DNA from: an uncultured Thermoplasmata archaeon
GTDB lineage: Archaea > Thermoplasmatota > DTKX01 > GCA-020343715
Reading direction: 5' to 3'
DNA: 64,000 bases
NCBI GenBank assembly: GCA_965369625.1
Contig: CBDUQW010000005.1
Location: 1,562 to 65,561, forward strand
Part shown: positions 19,887-28,358 of the stretch, piece after piece
Layout: each line of letters opens with the position of its first letter
How positions within the stretch are numbered: position 1 is the first letter of the stretch
The notes under the pieces: generated by a model
Seen by the model: the letters and a program-made list of their open reading frames with translations, nothing else
The model's database searches: none
What the model was told of the DNA's origin: nothing
Program-made: the position numbers and the translations under genes

Positions 19887-20405
19887 ATGGGCGAAGCCAA
19901 TGGACGTCGACTCGTGAGGCTGTTCCCCACCTTCCCGGTGGTGATAGCTGTCGTCGGGGAGGGGGACGGATCCAACCCCATCACCCTTGCCATGGTGCAC
20001 GTGTTCTCCTTCGAGCCCCCGATGGTGGGCATCGGAATAAATCCTGGCAGGCACTCCCACGACCTGCTCAAGGAGCTGCCCGAGTTCGTGGTCGCGTTCC
20101 CCGGTCACACCCAGGCCACCGAGACCCTCGCCGCCGGCACCCACTCGGGCCGTGACGGCAAGAAGTGGCAGCACGTGGGGCTGACCCCCATCCCCTCCCA
20201 GGAGGTCCGGCCGCCCTCCATAAGGGAGTGCCCCGTCAACCTGGAGTGCCGGGTGGTCGAGGAGCTGGTCACGGGGGACCACACCTGGTTCGTCGGAGAG
20301 ATCGTTGCCCACACCGTGGACCCAGGCTACACCCCGGACGACGCCATGACCTATTGGGGCGGCAAGTTTAGAAAGCCGGGCGATGTTGTCATGCTCCGAA
20401 GGTGA
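19887..20405 (+). CDS. Flavin reductase-like (DIM6/NTAB) FMN-binding protein
   Basis: SFEPPMVGIGI, LECRV, GDHTWFVGEI; ATG 19887 after GGAGG. Confidence 0.9.
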   Translation: MGEANGRRLVRLFPTFPVVIAVVGEGDGSNPITLAMVHVFSFEPPMVGIGINPGRHSHDLLKELPEFVVAFPGHTQATETLAAGTHSGRDGKKWQHVGLTPIPSQEVRPPSIRECPVNLECRVVEELVTGDHTWFVGEIVAHTVDPGYTPDDAMTYWGGKFRKPGDVVMLRR

Positions 20406-20409
20406 GGAC

Positions 20410-20898
20410 ATGGACGTGGTCGAGGCGATACGTGACCGTCGCAGCATACGCAAGTGGAGCGACAGACCGCTGGAGCGGGAGACCCTGGAGGACCTCCTGG
20501 ACTCGGCCAGGCTGGCCCCGTCGGGCCACAACGGGCAGCGGTGGGAGATCATCGCAGTGACCGAGAGGAACAGGCTGCGCGAGCTCGTCCCCATGTGCAA
20601 CAACCAGGGCCACGTGGGGGAGGCCGGCGCCTTCCTGTTCGTCATCTCCGACCCCGACGCCAAGTGGATCCACATCGACCCCGCCATCGCCCTGGACCAT
20701 ATCACCCTCCGGGCCCGCGAGATGGGACTGGGCACCTGCTGGATCGGTTCCTTCAACGAGCGTAGGGTGAGGACGTTCCTGGCCATCCCCGACGACAGGA
20801 TCGCCGTCATCGGCATGACGGTTGGATACCCGGGGGAGGAGCCGGAGCCCAGGTCGAGACGGGAGCTGGACCAGCTCGTCCACTGGGAGATCTACTGA
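20410..20898 (+). CDS. Nitroreductase family protein
   Basis: RRSIRK, ARLAPSGHNGQRW, GLGTCWIG, VGYP. Confidence 0.92.
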   Translation: MDVVEAIRDRRSIRKWSDRPLERETLEDLLDSARLAPSGHNGQRWEIIAVTERNRLRELVPMCNNQGHVGEAGAFLFVISDPDAKWIHIDPAIALDHITLRAREMGLGTCWIGSFNERRVRTFLAIPDDRIAVIGMTVGYPGEEPEPRSRRELDQLVHWEIY

Positions 20899-20907
20899 GC
20901 CGGGACC

Positions 20908-21618
20908 CTATCCCAGTAGAAGGTCGCGGAGCTCGAGGAAACTGCTGACCTCGTAGTCCGGCTCGGGCCACCCCTCGGGGAGTGGTTTCCCGTGGTGGTT
21001 CGCCCACACGAACCGGATGTCAGCGTTCATTGCCCCCTGGTGGTCGTGCTCGAGGGAGTTGCCGATCATGAGGGCCTCCTCCGGGGCGACCCGCAACCCC
21101 TCCAGGGCCACGTCGAAGATGCGGGGGTCGGGCTTTGAGATGCCCAGCTGCCCCGATACGAGGATGACCTCCATCACCCTGGAGAGCTTGACCCTGTTGA
21201 TCTTCCGCCACTGGGGGTCGGTGGGTCCGTTGGTGATGAGGCCCAGGGGGTAGTGCCCGTCCAGCTCGGTCAGGACCTCACATGTGTTGGGGAAGGTCCT
21301 GAGCATCTGGTCGTAGATGTGCTGGAACAGGACGCACAGGTCCAGGAAGTCGTCGTCCACGGGGAGGCCCACGATCTCGAAGGCCCGCGAGAACCTGTAG
21401 GCGCGGAACTCCTCGAGGTTCACGTGACCCTCCAGGTGCAGCGTGTAGAAGTCCTCGAAGAGGGTCATGTACACCCGGTGGAGCTCCTCCAGGTCGACCC
21501 CGTGCTCCTCGGTGACGTCCTTGAAGGTCATCTCGAAGGCATCGTCCGCCGTTCCCTGGAAGTCGGTGATGGTGTCGTCCAGGTCGAATATCAGGGCCCT
21601 GACGTTCGGGATGGGCAT
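20908..21618 (-). CDS. HAD-superfamily hydrolase (IA)
   Basis: FDLDDTI, ITNG, KPDPRIF, IGNSLEHD. Confidence 0.9.
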   Translation of the reverse strand: MPIPNVRALIFDLDDTITDFQGTADDAFEMTFKDVTEEHGVDLEELHRVYMTLFEDFYTLHLEGHVNLEEFRAYRFSRAFEIVGLPVDDDFLDLCVLFQHIYDQMLRTFPNTCEVLTELDGHYPLGLITNGPTDPQWRKINRVKLSRVMEVILVSGQLGISKPDPRIFDVALEGLRVAPEEALMIGNSLEHDHQGAMNADIRFVWANHHGKPLPEGWPEPDYEVSSFLELRDLLLG

Positions 21619-21743
21619 CGGTTGCGGGCAACGCGGCCCACGTATTTGAGGCCACCGGCACGATCCTGGTGCCCCGTTCTGTCTTGCCCACCGAATATGC
21701 AGGGGGAAAACCTCTTATACGACCCAGGCATTCGCTTGTGTAG

Positions 21744-22199
21744 ATGGCTAGCACAACCGACGGTGAGCCAGTGGACGAGGACCCCGAGCTTCTCGAGATT
21801 CGGCGGCGCAAGCTACAGGAGATGATGACCTCCATGTCAGACAATGGCACCGATAACTCTGATTGGCCCTCGACCCCCATCGAGGTGACCGATGACAACA
21901 TCGAGGAGATTACCGCGAAGTACTCCAACCTGGTGGTGGACTGCTGGGCCGAGTGGTGTGGACCCTGCCGCATGCTGAGCCCCACCCTCGAGGAGCTGGC
22001 AGGCGACCTCCAGGGCAAGGTGGCCTTCGGCAAGCTCAACACCGACCTCAATAGGAGGATACCGCGCCAGTACGGCATAATGAGCATCCCGACCATCCTG
22101 TTCTACAAGGAGGGCGAGGTGGTCGGCAAGACCGTGGGCGCCCTTCCCAAGGAGCACATCCTCGAGGCCATAGAGCAGGCCTTCGGGGACGTCAGCTAG
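21744..22199 (+). CDS. trxA: Thioredoxin with archaeal N-terminal extension
   Basis: WCGPC active site, IMSIPT; DPELLEIRRRKLQEM extension. Confidence 0.95.
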   Translation: MASTTDGEPVDEDPELLEIRRRKLQEMMTSMSDNGTDNSDWPSTPIEVTDDNIEEITAKYSNLVVDCWAEWCGPCRMLSPTLEELAGDLQGKVAFGKLNTDLNRRIPRQYGIMSIPTILFYKEGEVVGKTVGALPKEHILEAIEQAFGDVS

Positions 22200-22244
22200 G
22201 GAAGGACCCAAGGTCCGAACCCCCAGGTCGTACCCGCTGGTGCT

Positions 22245-22268
22245 GGGCCGGCGGGCCCTCTTTTCTCT
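22245..22268 (+). terminator. Candidate terminator after trxA
   Basis: GGGCC-ggcg-GGCCC hairpin followed by TCTTTTCTCT. Confidence 0.4.
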
Positions 22269-22350
22269 ATTCCCGACAACTCAGCGTACGCGCTGTGCAT
22301 AACGCCTATATGCCCGTCGCGCCATTACGCCGCACCTGGGTGATGCGCGC

Positions 22351-23877
22351 ATGAAGTACGACTTCCTCGACGAGCTAGGAATCCAAGAGGTCAACCCCGG
22401 CGCTGGCTGGGGACCCGACAGCTGGATCGACGACCCCGATGCCCGGACCATCAAGTCCGTCTCGCCCATCGACGGGGAGACCATCGCTAGGGTAAGAATG
22501 GTCAGCGCCAAGGACCTGGACACCGTCCTGACGAAGGCCCAGGAGGCCTTCGAGACCTGGAGGACGATGCCCGCTCCCCGGAGGGGCGAGGTCGTCCGCA
22601 TCCTGGGCGAGGAGCTGCGGAAGAAGAAGGACCCCCTCGGGAAGCTGGTCACCCTGGAGATGGGCAAGATCGTCCAGGAGGGCTGGGGCGAGGTCCAGGA
22701 GATGATCGACATATGCGACTTCGCCGTGGGCCTGTCCCGCCAGCTGTACGGCAAGTCGATGCACTCCGAACGCCCCTCCCACAGGATGTACGAGCAGTGG
22801 CATCCCCTGGGCATCGTGGGCGTCATCTCCGCCTTCAACTTCCCCGTCGCGGTGTGGTCTTGGAACGCCGCCATCGCCGCGGTCTGCGGCGACACCACGG
22901 TGTGGAAGCCCTCGTCGGACGTGCCCCTGTGCGGAGTGGCCATCCAGCACATCGTCAACGACGTCATGGCCAAGTTCGACCTTGAGGGCATCTTCTCCTA
23001 CGTCGTCGGCCCCGGCAGGGAGGTGGGGGAGAACCTCATCGCCGACCCCAGGGTCAGGCTCGTCTCCGCCACCGGCTCGACCCCGATGGGCCAGCGGGTG
23101 GCCGAGGTGGTATCCACCCGGCTGGGCCGCACCATCCTCGAACTGGGCGGCAACAACGCGGTCCTCATCGACGAGACGGCCGACCTGGAGTTGGCGGTAC
23201 GCGCCGTGCTGTTCGGCGCCGTCGGCACCGCGGGCCAGCGGTGCACCACCACCCGCCGGGTCATCATCGACAAGAGGGTATCGGACGAGTTCGTCGAGAC
23301 GCTGGTCAAGGCCTACAGGACCGTCCCCATCGGCGACCCCCTCGACGAGGCCAACCTCATGGGGCCCCTGGTGCACCGCGGTGCCATCCAGGACATGGCC
23401 AACGCCCTGGAGAAGGTCCGTGAGCAGGGCGGCCAGGTGGTGTACGGGGGAGAGCCCATCGAGGGGCCCGGGTGGTACGTCGACCCCTGCATCGTCCGCA
23501 TCCGCGGCGACGCGCCCATCGTGCGGGAGGAGACCTTCGCGCCCATCCTGTACATCATCGACGTGGACTCGGTCGACGAGGCCGTCGAGGTCAACAACAT
23601 GGTGCCCCAGGGCCTGTCCAGCGCCATGTTCACCACCAACCTCCTGAACGCGGAGCAGTGGCTGTCCCACATCGGGTCCGACTGCGGCATCGCCAACGTC
23701 AACATCGGCACCTCGGGCGCCGAGATCGGCGGGGCCTTCGGGGGAGAGAAGGACACCGGCGGCGGTCGCGAGTCGGGCTCGGACTCATGGAAGCAGTACA
23801 TGAGGCGTCAGACCTGCACCGTGAACTGGGGCAAGGAGCTCCCCCTGGCCCAGGGCATCAGGTTCGGCGAGGACTGA
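22351..23877 (+). CDS. ALDH7 (antiquitin-type; alpha-aminoadipate semialdehyde/piperideine-6-carboxylate dehydrogenase)
   Basis: PAPRRGE, GEVQEMIDICDFAVGLSRQLYG, ELGGNN, GTAGQRCT, GAEIGGAFGGEK, LPLAQGI. Confidence 0.92.
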   Translation: MKYDFLDELGIQEVNPGAGWGPDSWIDDPDARTIKSVSPIDGETIARVRMVSAKDLDTVLTKAQEAFETWRTMPAPRRGEVVRILGEELRKKKDPLGKLVTLEMGKIVQEGWGEVQEMIDICDFAVGLSRQLYGKSMHSERPSHRMYEQWHPLGIVGVISAFNFPVAVWSWNAAIAAVCGDTTVWKPSSDVPLCGVAIQHIVNDVMAKFDLEGIFSYVVGPGREVGENLIADPRVRLVSATGSTPMGQRVAEVVSTRLGRTILELGGNNAVLIDETADLELAVRAVLFGAVGTAGQRCTTTRRVIIDKRVSDEFVETLVKAYRTVPIGDPLDEANLMGPLVHRGAIQDMANALEKVREQGGQVVYGGEPIEGPGWYVDPCIVRIRGDAPIVREETFAPILYIIDVDSVDEAVEVNNMVPQGLSSAMFTTNLLNAEQWLSHIGSDCGIANVNIGTSGAEIGGAFGGEKDTGGGRESGSDSWKQYMRRQTCTVNWGKELPLAQGIRFGED

Positions 23878-23888
23878 GCTGGGCAACG

Positions 23889-23896
23889 TTTATCAA
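23889..23896 (+). promoter_or_regulatory. TATA box of tRNA-Ala
   Basis: TTTATCAA ending 26 nt upstream of the mature tRNA 5' end. Confidence 0.55.
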
Positions 23897-23921
23897 GGGC
23901 CATCCGCATCCCGCCGGACAA

Positions 23922-23995
23922 GGGCCCGTAGATCAGCCTGGTAGATCGTCCGCTTTGCAAGCGGGAGGCCTCGGGTTCGAATCCCGACGGGTCCA
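23922..23995 (+). tRNA. tRNA-Ala (anticodon TGC)
   Basis: Cloverleaf: acceptor GGGCCCG/CGGGTCC with G3:U70, D arm GATC/GATC, anticodon loop TTTGCAA, T arm TCGGG-TTCGAAT-CCCGA, discriminator A. Full CCA not encoded. Confidence 0.97.
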
Positions 23996-24098
23996 CCTCT
24001 CCACCTGCACAACAGTCTATCGAACCACTTCGGTCAAGTATCTGCATTTCGGGATGAGGCTGAGGACATTCCCGTGCCGGGATTCCAGGGGGGACGCA

Positions 24099-24347
24099 TC
24101 ATCCACCCCGGAGCATCTTGATTAGGTCCTCCTTCGGGACGGAGTTCCATATGCAGACACTGGAGAGGATGTCATTGAGGGTACCCCGGGCTATCTCGTC
24201 ATGGTCGGGGACGGTGATGTTGTGTACACCCGCTGGTGTGATCTTCCGTAGTCGCACATGGCTGCCCCGCTGCCTGACGACCTCGTAGCCCATTCCGGTC
24301 ATCATCTTGATGAGTTCCCGGCCGCTCACGACCGGCAACCTAGGCAA
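24099..24347 (-). CDS. hicA: HicA family toxin (mRNA interferase)
   Basis: MPRLPVVSGRELIK...RQRGSHVRL...ITVPDHDEIARGTLNDIL; TTG start overlapping the hicB end. Confidence 0.92.
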   Translation of the reverse strand: MPRLPVVSGRELIKMMTGMGYEVVRQRGSHVRLRKITPAGVHNITVPDHDEIARGTLNDILSSVCIWNSVPKEDLIKMLRGG

Positions 24348-24549
24348 TCGCCGCGACCTCCATCTCCGAGATGGACAGTATCCTTATCTCCTCGCCGCGT
24401 CTCAGCTCGTCCTCGTAATGGAGGGCGACGGCTTCGTTGATGTTCCCCATCAGTTCATCGAGGCTCTCTCCCTGGGTGAATATGTCGACACCGATCCCCT
24501 TTGCACACCAGGACCGCTCATCCTTGTAGACCTCGAACTTCACCAGCAT
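24340..24549 (-). CDS. hicB: Short HicB family antitoxin (no DNA-binding domain)
   Basis: IFTQGESLDELMGNINEAVALHYE; 69 aa, upstream of hicA. Confidence 0.9.
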   Translation of the reverse strand: MLVKFEVYKDERSWCAKGIGVDIFTQGESLDELMGNINEAVALHYEDELRRGEEIRILSISEMEVAAIA

Positions 24550-24665
24550 TCAATCGCCATCGTTAACATGTTCGCACCAATATATAAGGGTTGACGCGAA
24601 GGAGGACCAAGGACTGGTCGGTTATCCATTGGAGCATTTCAACAGGTTCCGTACGATACAGCGGA

Positions 24666-24688
24666 CGAATCCCGACGGGTCCACCTCT
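24666..24688 (+). repeat. att-like direct repeat of tRNA-Ala 3' end (perfect copy)
   Basis: CGAATCCCGACGGGTCCACCTCT identical to 23978-24000. Confidence 0.95.
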
Positions 24689-24788
24689 ACTCTTCGTTCA
24701 CAGTGGCGTTGGTTCCCCTGTTCAGATGGTCAGACGGGGGCACCCTCGGTAAGTGACCCCCCTCCCCCTCCCCAAATGTTTTTATGAG

Positions 24789-24815
24789 GGGGAAATATTT
24801 ATATAATATTTACCC
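24789..24815 (+). promoter_or_regulatory. TATA box embedded in an 11-bp-arm inverted repeat (candidate operator)
   Basis: GGGGAAATATT-tatat-AATATTTACCC (1 mismatch); TTTATATA at 24798-24805, 22 nt before ATG 24828. Confidence 0.6.
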
Positions 24816-24827
24816 TATTAGGAAACT

Positions 24828-26153
24828 ATGCTCGACAGGAAGAGGGTCGCCAGATACCTCCAGGACTTCCAGGAATGGCCCCTCCCGGACGCCGTGGAGA
24901 GGGAGCTCCGGCTGCCATCCACGAAGAAGATACTGTCGATCTACGGACCGAGGAGATGTGGCAAGAGCTTCTACATCTTCCAGCTCATCCGCGAGGCGAT
25001 CGCTGCAGGGGCGAGGAAGGAAAGCCTGCTCTACCTGAACTTCGAGGACACGCGCCTCTCAGACCTGGAGTTTGGGGACCTGGAGGAGGTCCTGATGCTC
25101 CACTACGAGCTCCATCCCGGTGCCTCCGATGGGGAGATCCAGGTGTTCCTGGACGAGCCGCAGAGCATGCCGGACTGGGAGAGGGCCGTCCGGAGCCTCC
25201 ATGACAAGGGTGGTCTCCGCCTCTTCGTCACGGGCTCCTCGGCGAAATTGCTCAGTCGCGAGATCGCCACCACGCTCCGCGGCAGGACGCTGCCATTCCT
25301 GCTGCTGCCGTACTCGTTCAGGGAGTTCCTGATAGCCCGCGGGGTCCGATCTGGGGGTGTCGTCCCGAGCACCGCCGAGGAGGCCAGGACCAAGGCCGCG
25401 CTCTCAGAGTACATCCGCATCGGCGGATTCCCCGAGGTGGTCGAAGAGCCGGACGACGGCATCCGAATGAGGACGCTGGCCGATTACTACAGGCTTATCA
25501 TATACCGGGACGTCGTCGAGCGGTACGGCATCGAGAACCTGACGTTCATCAAGTTCCTGCTGGGGCAGCTCTTCTCGGGTTTCGCCAGGAAGATGAGTGC
25601 CAACAAGATATTCAACACCGCGAAGTCGCGTGGCTTCGCCGTCAGCAAGAAGACCGCCTACGAGTACATCGGTTACGTCGAGGACGCGCTGGCGATATTC
25701 CTCCTGCGCAGGTGGGCCGCATCCCCGAGGACCAGGGAGACATCCCTCCCCAAGGTGTACATCGCCGACAACGGCTTCGCCCGGCTGTTCCCGACCGGGT
25801 CGGAAGATACCGGGCACCTGATGGAGAACGCGGTCTTCCTGGAGCTGAGGAGGATGCAGGACGCCGACCCGCTCCTCGAGGTGTACTACTGGAAGGACAG
25901 GCCCGGGAAGACCGAGGTGGACTTCGCCCTCAGAAAGGGCGGCAGGTTCGTCAGGCTCATCCAGGTGTGCCACTCGCTGGTGGAGCCGGCGACGGTCGAG
26001 AGGGAGCAACGCGCGCTCCTCGCCGCCAGCAGGGAGCTGGGATGCCGGAGGTTGACCATCCTGAACTGGGACCTGGACGAGACCCGGAAGGTCGAGGGTC
26101 ACGAGATCGAGCTGGTCCCGCTGTGGAGATGGCTTCAGTTCGGGGGGATCTGA
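24828..26153 (+). CDS. COG1373-type ATPase (AAA_14 plus DUF4143, PD-(D/E)xK-like C-terminus)
   Basis: Walker A GPRRCGKS, Walker B FLDEPQ, TGSS, GGFPE, KVYIADNG, ENAV, EVDF...IQVC. Confidence 0.92.
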   Translation: MLDRKRVARYLQDFQEWPLPDAVERELRLPSTKKILSIYGPRRCGKSFYIFQLIREAIAAGARKESLLYLNFEDTRLSDLEFGDLEEVLMLHYELHPGASDGEIQVFLDEPQSMPDWERAVRSLHDKGGLRLFVTGSSAKLLSREIATTLRGRTLPFLLLPYSFREFLIARGVRSGGVVPSTAEEARTKAALSEYIRIGGFPEVVEEPDDGIRMRTLADYYRLIIYRDVVERYGIENLTFIKFLLGQLFSGFARKMSANKIFNTAKSRGFAVSKKTAYEYIGYVEDALAIFLLRRWAASPRTRETSLPKVYIADNGFARLFPTGSEDTGHLMENAVFLELRRMQDADPLLEVYYWKDRPGKTEVDFALRKGGRFVRLIQVCHSLVEPATVEREQRALLAASRELGCRRLTILNWDLDETRKVEGHEIELVPLWRWLQFGGI

Positions 26154-26269
26154 CTCGGGAGGACGGCCCGTGAGGCAGCGGAGGGGAAGCGACGTTCCAT
26201 CACCACTTGGACCTCCCACTGTATGGGGGTGAAGGACGGTGGCCAATACGTGTAGTTGGCCGATGTGAA

Positions 26270-26291
26270 CGGATCCCGGCGGGTCCACCTC
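26270..26291 (+). repeat. att-like direct repeat of tRNA-Ala 3' end (2 mismatches)
   Basis: CGGATCCCGGCGGGTCCACCTC vs CGAATCCCGACGGGTCCACCTC, 20/22 identical. Confidence 0.85.
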
Positions 26292-26518
26292 CCCACGATC
26301 GAGCGTCGAGAGAACGAGATCCCATCTGTCCCGAACATGGCCAGAGCGGCCGTTGACAGATTGTGTGATGTTTTAATGAAAAATCCATCCTGTGCGGATT
26401 TCTACAACATTTTCTAGATTAGAGTGTAATTTCTTCACTCTTCCATGACAATGTCTAAAGAAACTTTAATATATGCTCTGCCCTATACCTTGCTAAGATA
26501 GGAAGCGGGTGGGAGCGC

Positions 26519-26968
26519 TTGAGAGATATCGACGAGACGGACCAGAAGATCCTCAGGATTCTCCTAGAGGACGCTTCCGTCAGTCAGGAGACGATAGCCA
26601 ACCAGATAGGGACCTCGGTGGGCACCGTCTCCAACCGCATCAAGCGGATGAGGGAGGAGGGCATCATCATCCGGTTCGTCCCCGCCCTGGACACCAGGGC
26701 CCTGGGCTACGACATCGTCGCCCTGGTGGACATCCGCATCGCGGGTGGGCACATGGAGGAGGTGCAGCAGGCGTTCTGCGAGCACCCCAACGTCTGCTCG
26801 ATCTACGACATCACCGGCGAGTACGACACGATGTTCGTGGCCAAGTTCTGCTCCACGAAGGAGCTCAACAGGTTCGTCAAGGAACTGGCCGAGCACGAGC
26901 ACGTCCAGAGGACATCGTCCAAGCTGGTGCTCAACATCATCAAGGAGAGCCTTTCACCCAGGCTCTGA
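26519..26968 (+). CDS. Lrp/AsnC family transcriptional regulator
   Basis: IDETDQKILRIL...RIKRMREEGII HTH; YDITGEYD RAM domain; TTG start; TTTAATATA at 26465-26473. Confidence 0.93.
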   Translation: MRDIDETDQKILRILLEDASVSQETIANQIGTSVGTVSNRIKRMREEGIIIRFVPALDTRALGYDIVALVDIRIAGGHMEEVQQAFCEHPNVCSIYDITGEYDTMFVAKFCSTKELNRFVKELAEHEHVQRTSSKLVLNIIKESLSPRL

Positions 26969-26999
26969 GGGCCAGAGGACAGTGAGGGAGGGATGAGGA

Positions 27000-28358
27000 A
27001 TGACCACGGGGGACAAGAGGAACTTCAGCCTGTTCACCGGATGCCTGATACCCAGCAGGTTCCCGTTCATCGAGATGTCCAGCCGCAAGGTCCTGGAGGG
27101 CCTGGGGATAACGCTCTACGAGATCGAGGGCGCCAGCTGCTGCCCCAACCAGATGGCCATCCAGGCCTCGGACAAGGACCTGTGGTACACCCTGGCCGCC
27201 CGCAACCTGGCCCTGGCGGAGGCCAACGACGTGGACATCTTGAACCTCTGCAACGGATGCTACGACACCCTCAAGTCCGTCAACTCCAAGCTGAAGGCCG
27301 ACCAGCAGCTGAGGGAGAGGGTCAACGGCCGCCTGGATGACCTGGGCCTGGAGTTCCATGGCACCATCGACGTAAAGCACATCGTCCAGGTGCTCCACGA
27401 CGACGTGGGCATCAACACCATCGACAAGGTCTGCGAGATCCACCTGGACCAGTTCAGGTTCGCGCCCTTCGTGGGTTGCCACGTGAAGCGACCCATGGAC
27501 CACATGGGCTTCGACGACCCCGAGGAGCCCTTCTACCTGCGCGACCTCATCAAGGCAACGGGGGCCAAGGTCACCACCTACGCCGAGATGGACACCTGCT
27601 GTGGAGGCGGCTTCTCCATCGGCCGCAAGGACGACGTCGTCCCCGCGGCCCGCCGGGTGCTCCACTCGGCGAAGGGCGCGGAGGGCGACGGCATCGTGGT
27701 CAACTGCCCCTACTGCTTCTCCCAGCTCGCCATCGGCGAGCGGAAGGCCAACGACCTCTACTTCGAGAACATCGGGGTCCCCATCATCTACCTCACCGAG
27801 CTCATCGGCCTGGCCATGGGCCTCGACCCCGTCGAGCTGGGGATGCACCTCCACTACGGGGTGAGCGTCGGTGGCGAGAAGGAACTGGTGGAGCGCATCC
27901 GCGGCGAGCCCGTTGACGACAGCGCCCTCACCGACGAGGTCACCAGGAAGCAGCTGGAGACGTGCAAGCGGTGCCTCGCCTGCGTCGACGACTGCCCGGC
28001 CGCCATGACGGTGCCCCAGTACGACCCCGAGGAGGTCCTCGACCTCATACTGGCCGGGGACATGGACGCGGCCATCGCCCGGGCGGACATGTGGTACTGC
28101 ATCAACTGTCACGAGTGCGTGGAGCACTGTCCCCAGGGCTTCGGCATGGTCAAGCTATGGGTACTGCTCAAGAACCTGGCCGCCGAGAGGGGGCTGGCCC
28201 CCGAGGTGCTGGACCACCGGATGGAGGAGCTGGAGGCGTCCGGCTTCGCCTTCACGCCCGACGAGGAGATCAGGGAGGAGTGCGGCCTGGACTGCATCTC
28301 GGGCCCTGACGTGGAGAAGCTCAAGCGACTCATCGAAGAGACGAGGGGAACGGAATGA
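27000..28358 (+). CDS. Heterodisulfide reductase B-like (2 CCG domains) fused to C-terminal HdrC-like 2x[4Fe-4S] domain
   Basis: GC...CCP...CNGC and GCH...CCGGG...CPYC, then CKRCLACVDDCP and CINCHECVEHCP. Confidence 0.88.
   Translation: MTTGDKRNFSLFTGCLIPSRFPFIEMSSRKVLEGLGITLYEIEGASCCPNQMAIQASDKDLWYTLAARNLALAEANDVDILNLCNGCYDTLKSVNSKLKADQQLRERVNGRLDDLGLEFHGTIDVKHIVQVLHDDVGINTIDKVCEIHLDQFRFAPFVGCHVKRPMDHMGFDDPEEPFYLRDLIKATGAKVTTYAEMDTCCGGGFSIGRKDDVVPAARRVLHSAKGAEGDGIVVNCPYCFSQLAIGERKANDLYFENIGVPIIYLTELIGLAMGLDPVELGMHLHYGVSVGGEKELVERIRGEPVDDSALTDEVTRKQLETCKRCLACVDDCPAAMTVPQYDPEEVLDLILAGDMDAAIARADMWYCINCHECVEHCPQGFGMVKLWVLLKNLAAERGLAPEVLDHRMEELEASGFAFTPDEEIREECGLDCISGPDVEKLKRLIEETRGTE

Larger units (their letters stand above)
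24001..24688. mobile_element. Integrase-free cassette 1 at tRNA-Ala (HicBA)
   Basis: Bounded by identical 23-bp direct repeats at 23978-24000 and 24666-24688. Confidence 0.7.
24689..26291. mobile_element. Integrase-free cassette 2 at tRNA-Ala (AAA+ ATPase)
   Basis: Bounded by the repeat at 24666-24688 and the 2-mismatch copy at 26270-26291. Confidence 0.62.

Noticed and set aside
23978-26291. tRNA-derived repeats as a CRISPR array, or an intact provirus/ICE
   Set aside because: The spacers are 0.7 and 1.6 kb and contain genes. No cas, integrase, replication or capsid genes are present.
26292-26518. NrpR operator upstream of the glutamate synthase operon
   Set aside because: No GGAA-N6-TTCC match found by eye.
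27000-28358. HdrB/C as evidence of methanogenesis
   Set aside because: CCG/HdrC modules are widespread in non-methanogens, and no mcr, mtr or hdrA is present in the window.
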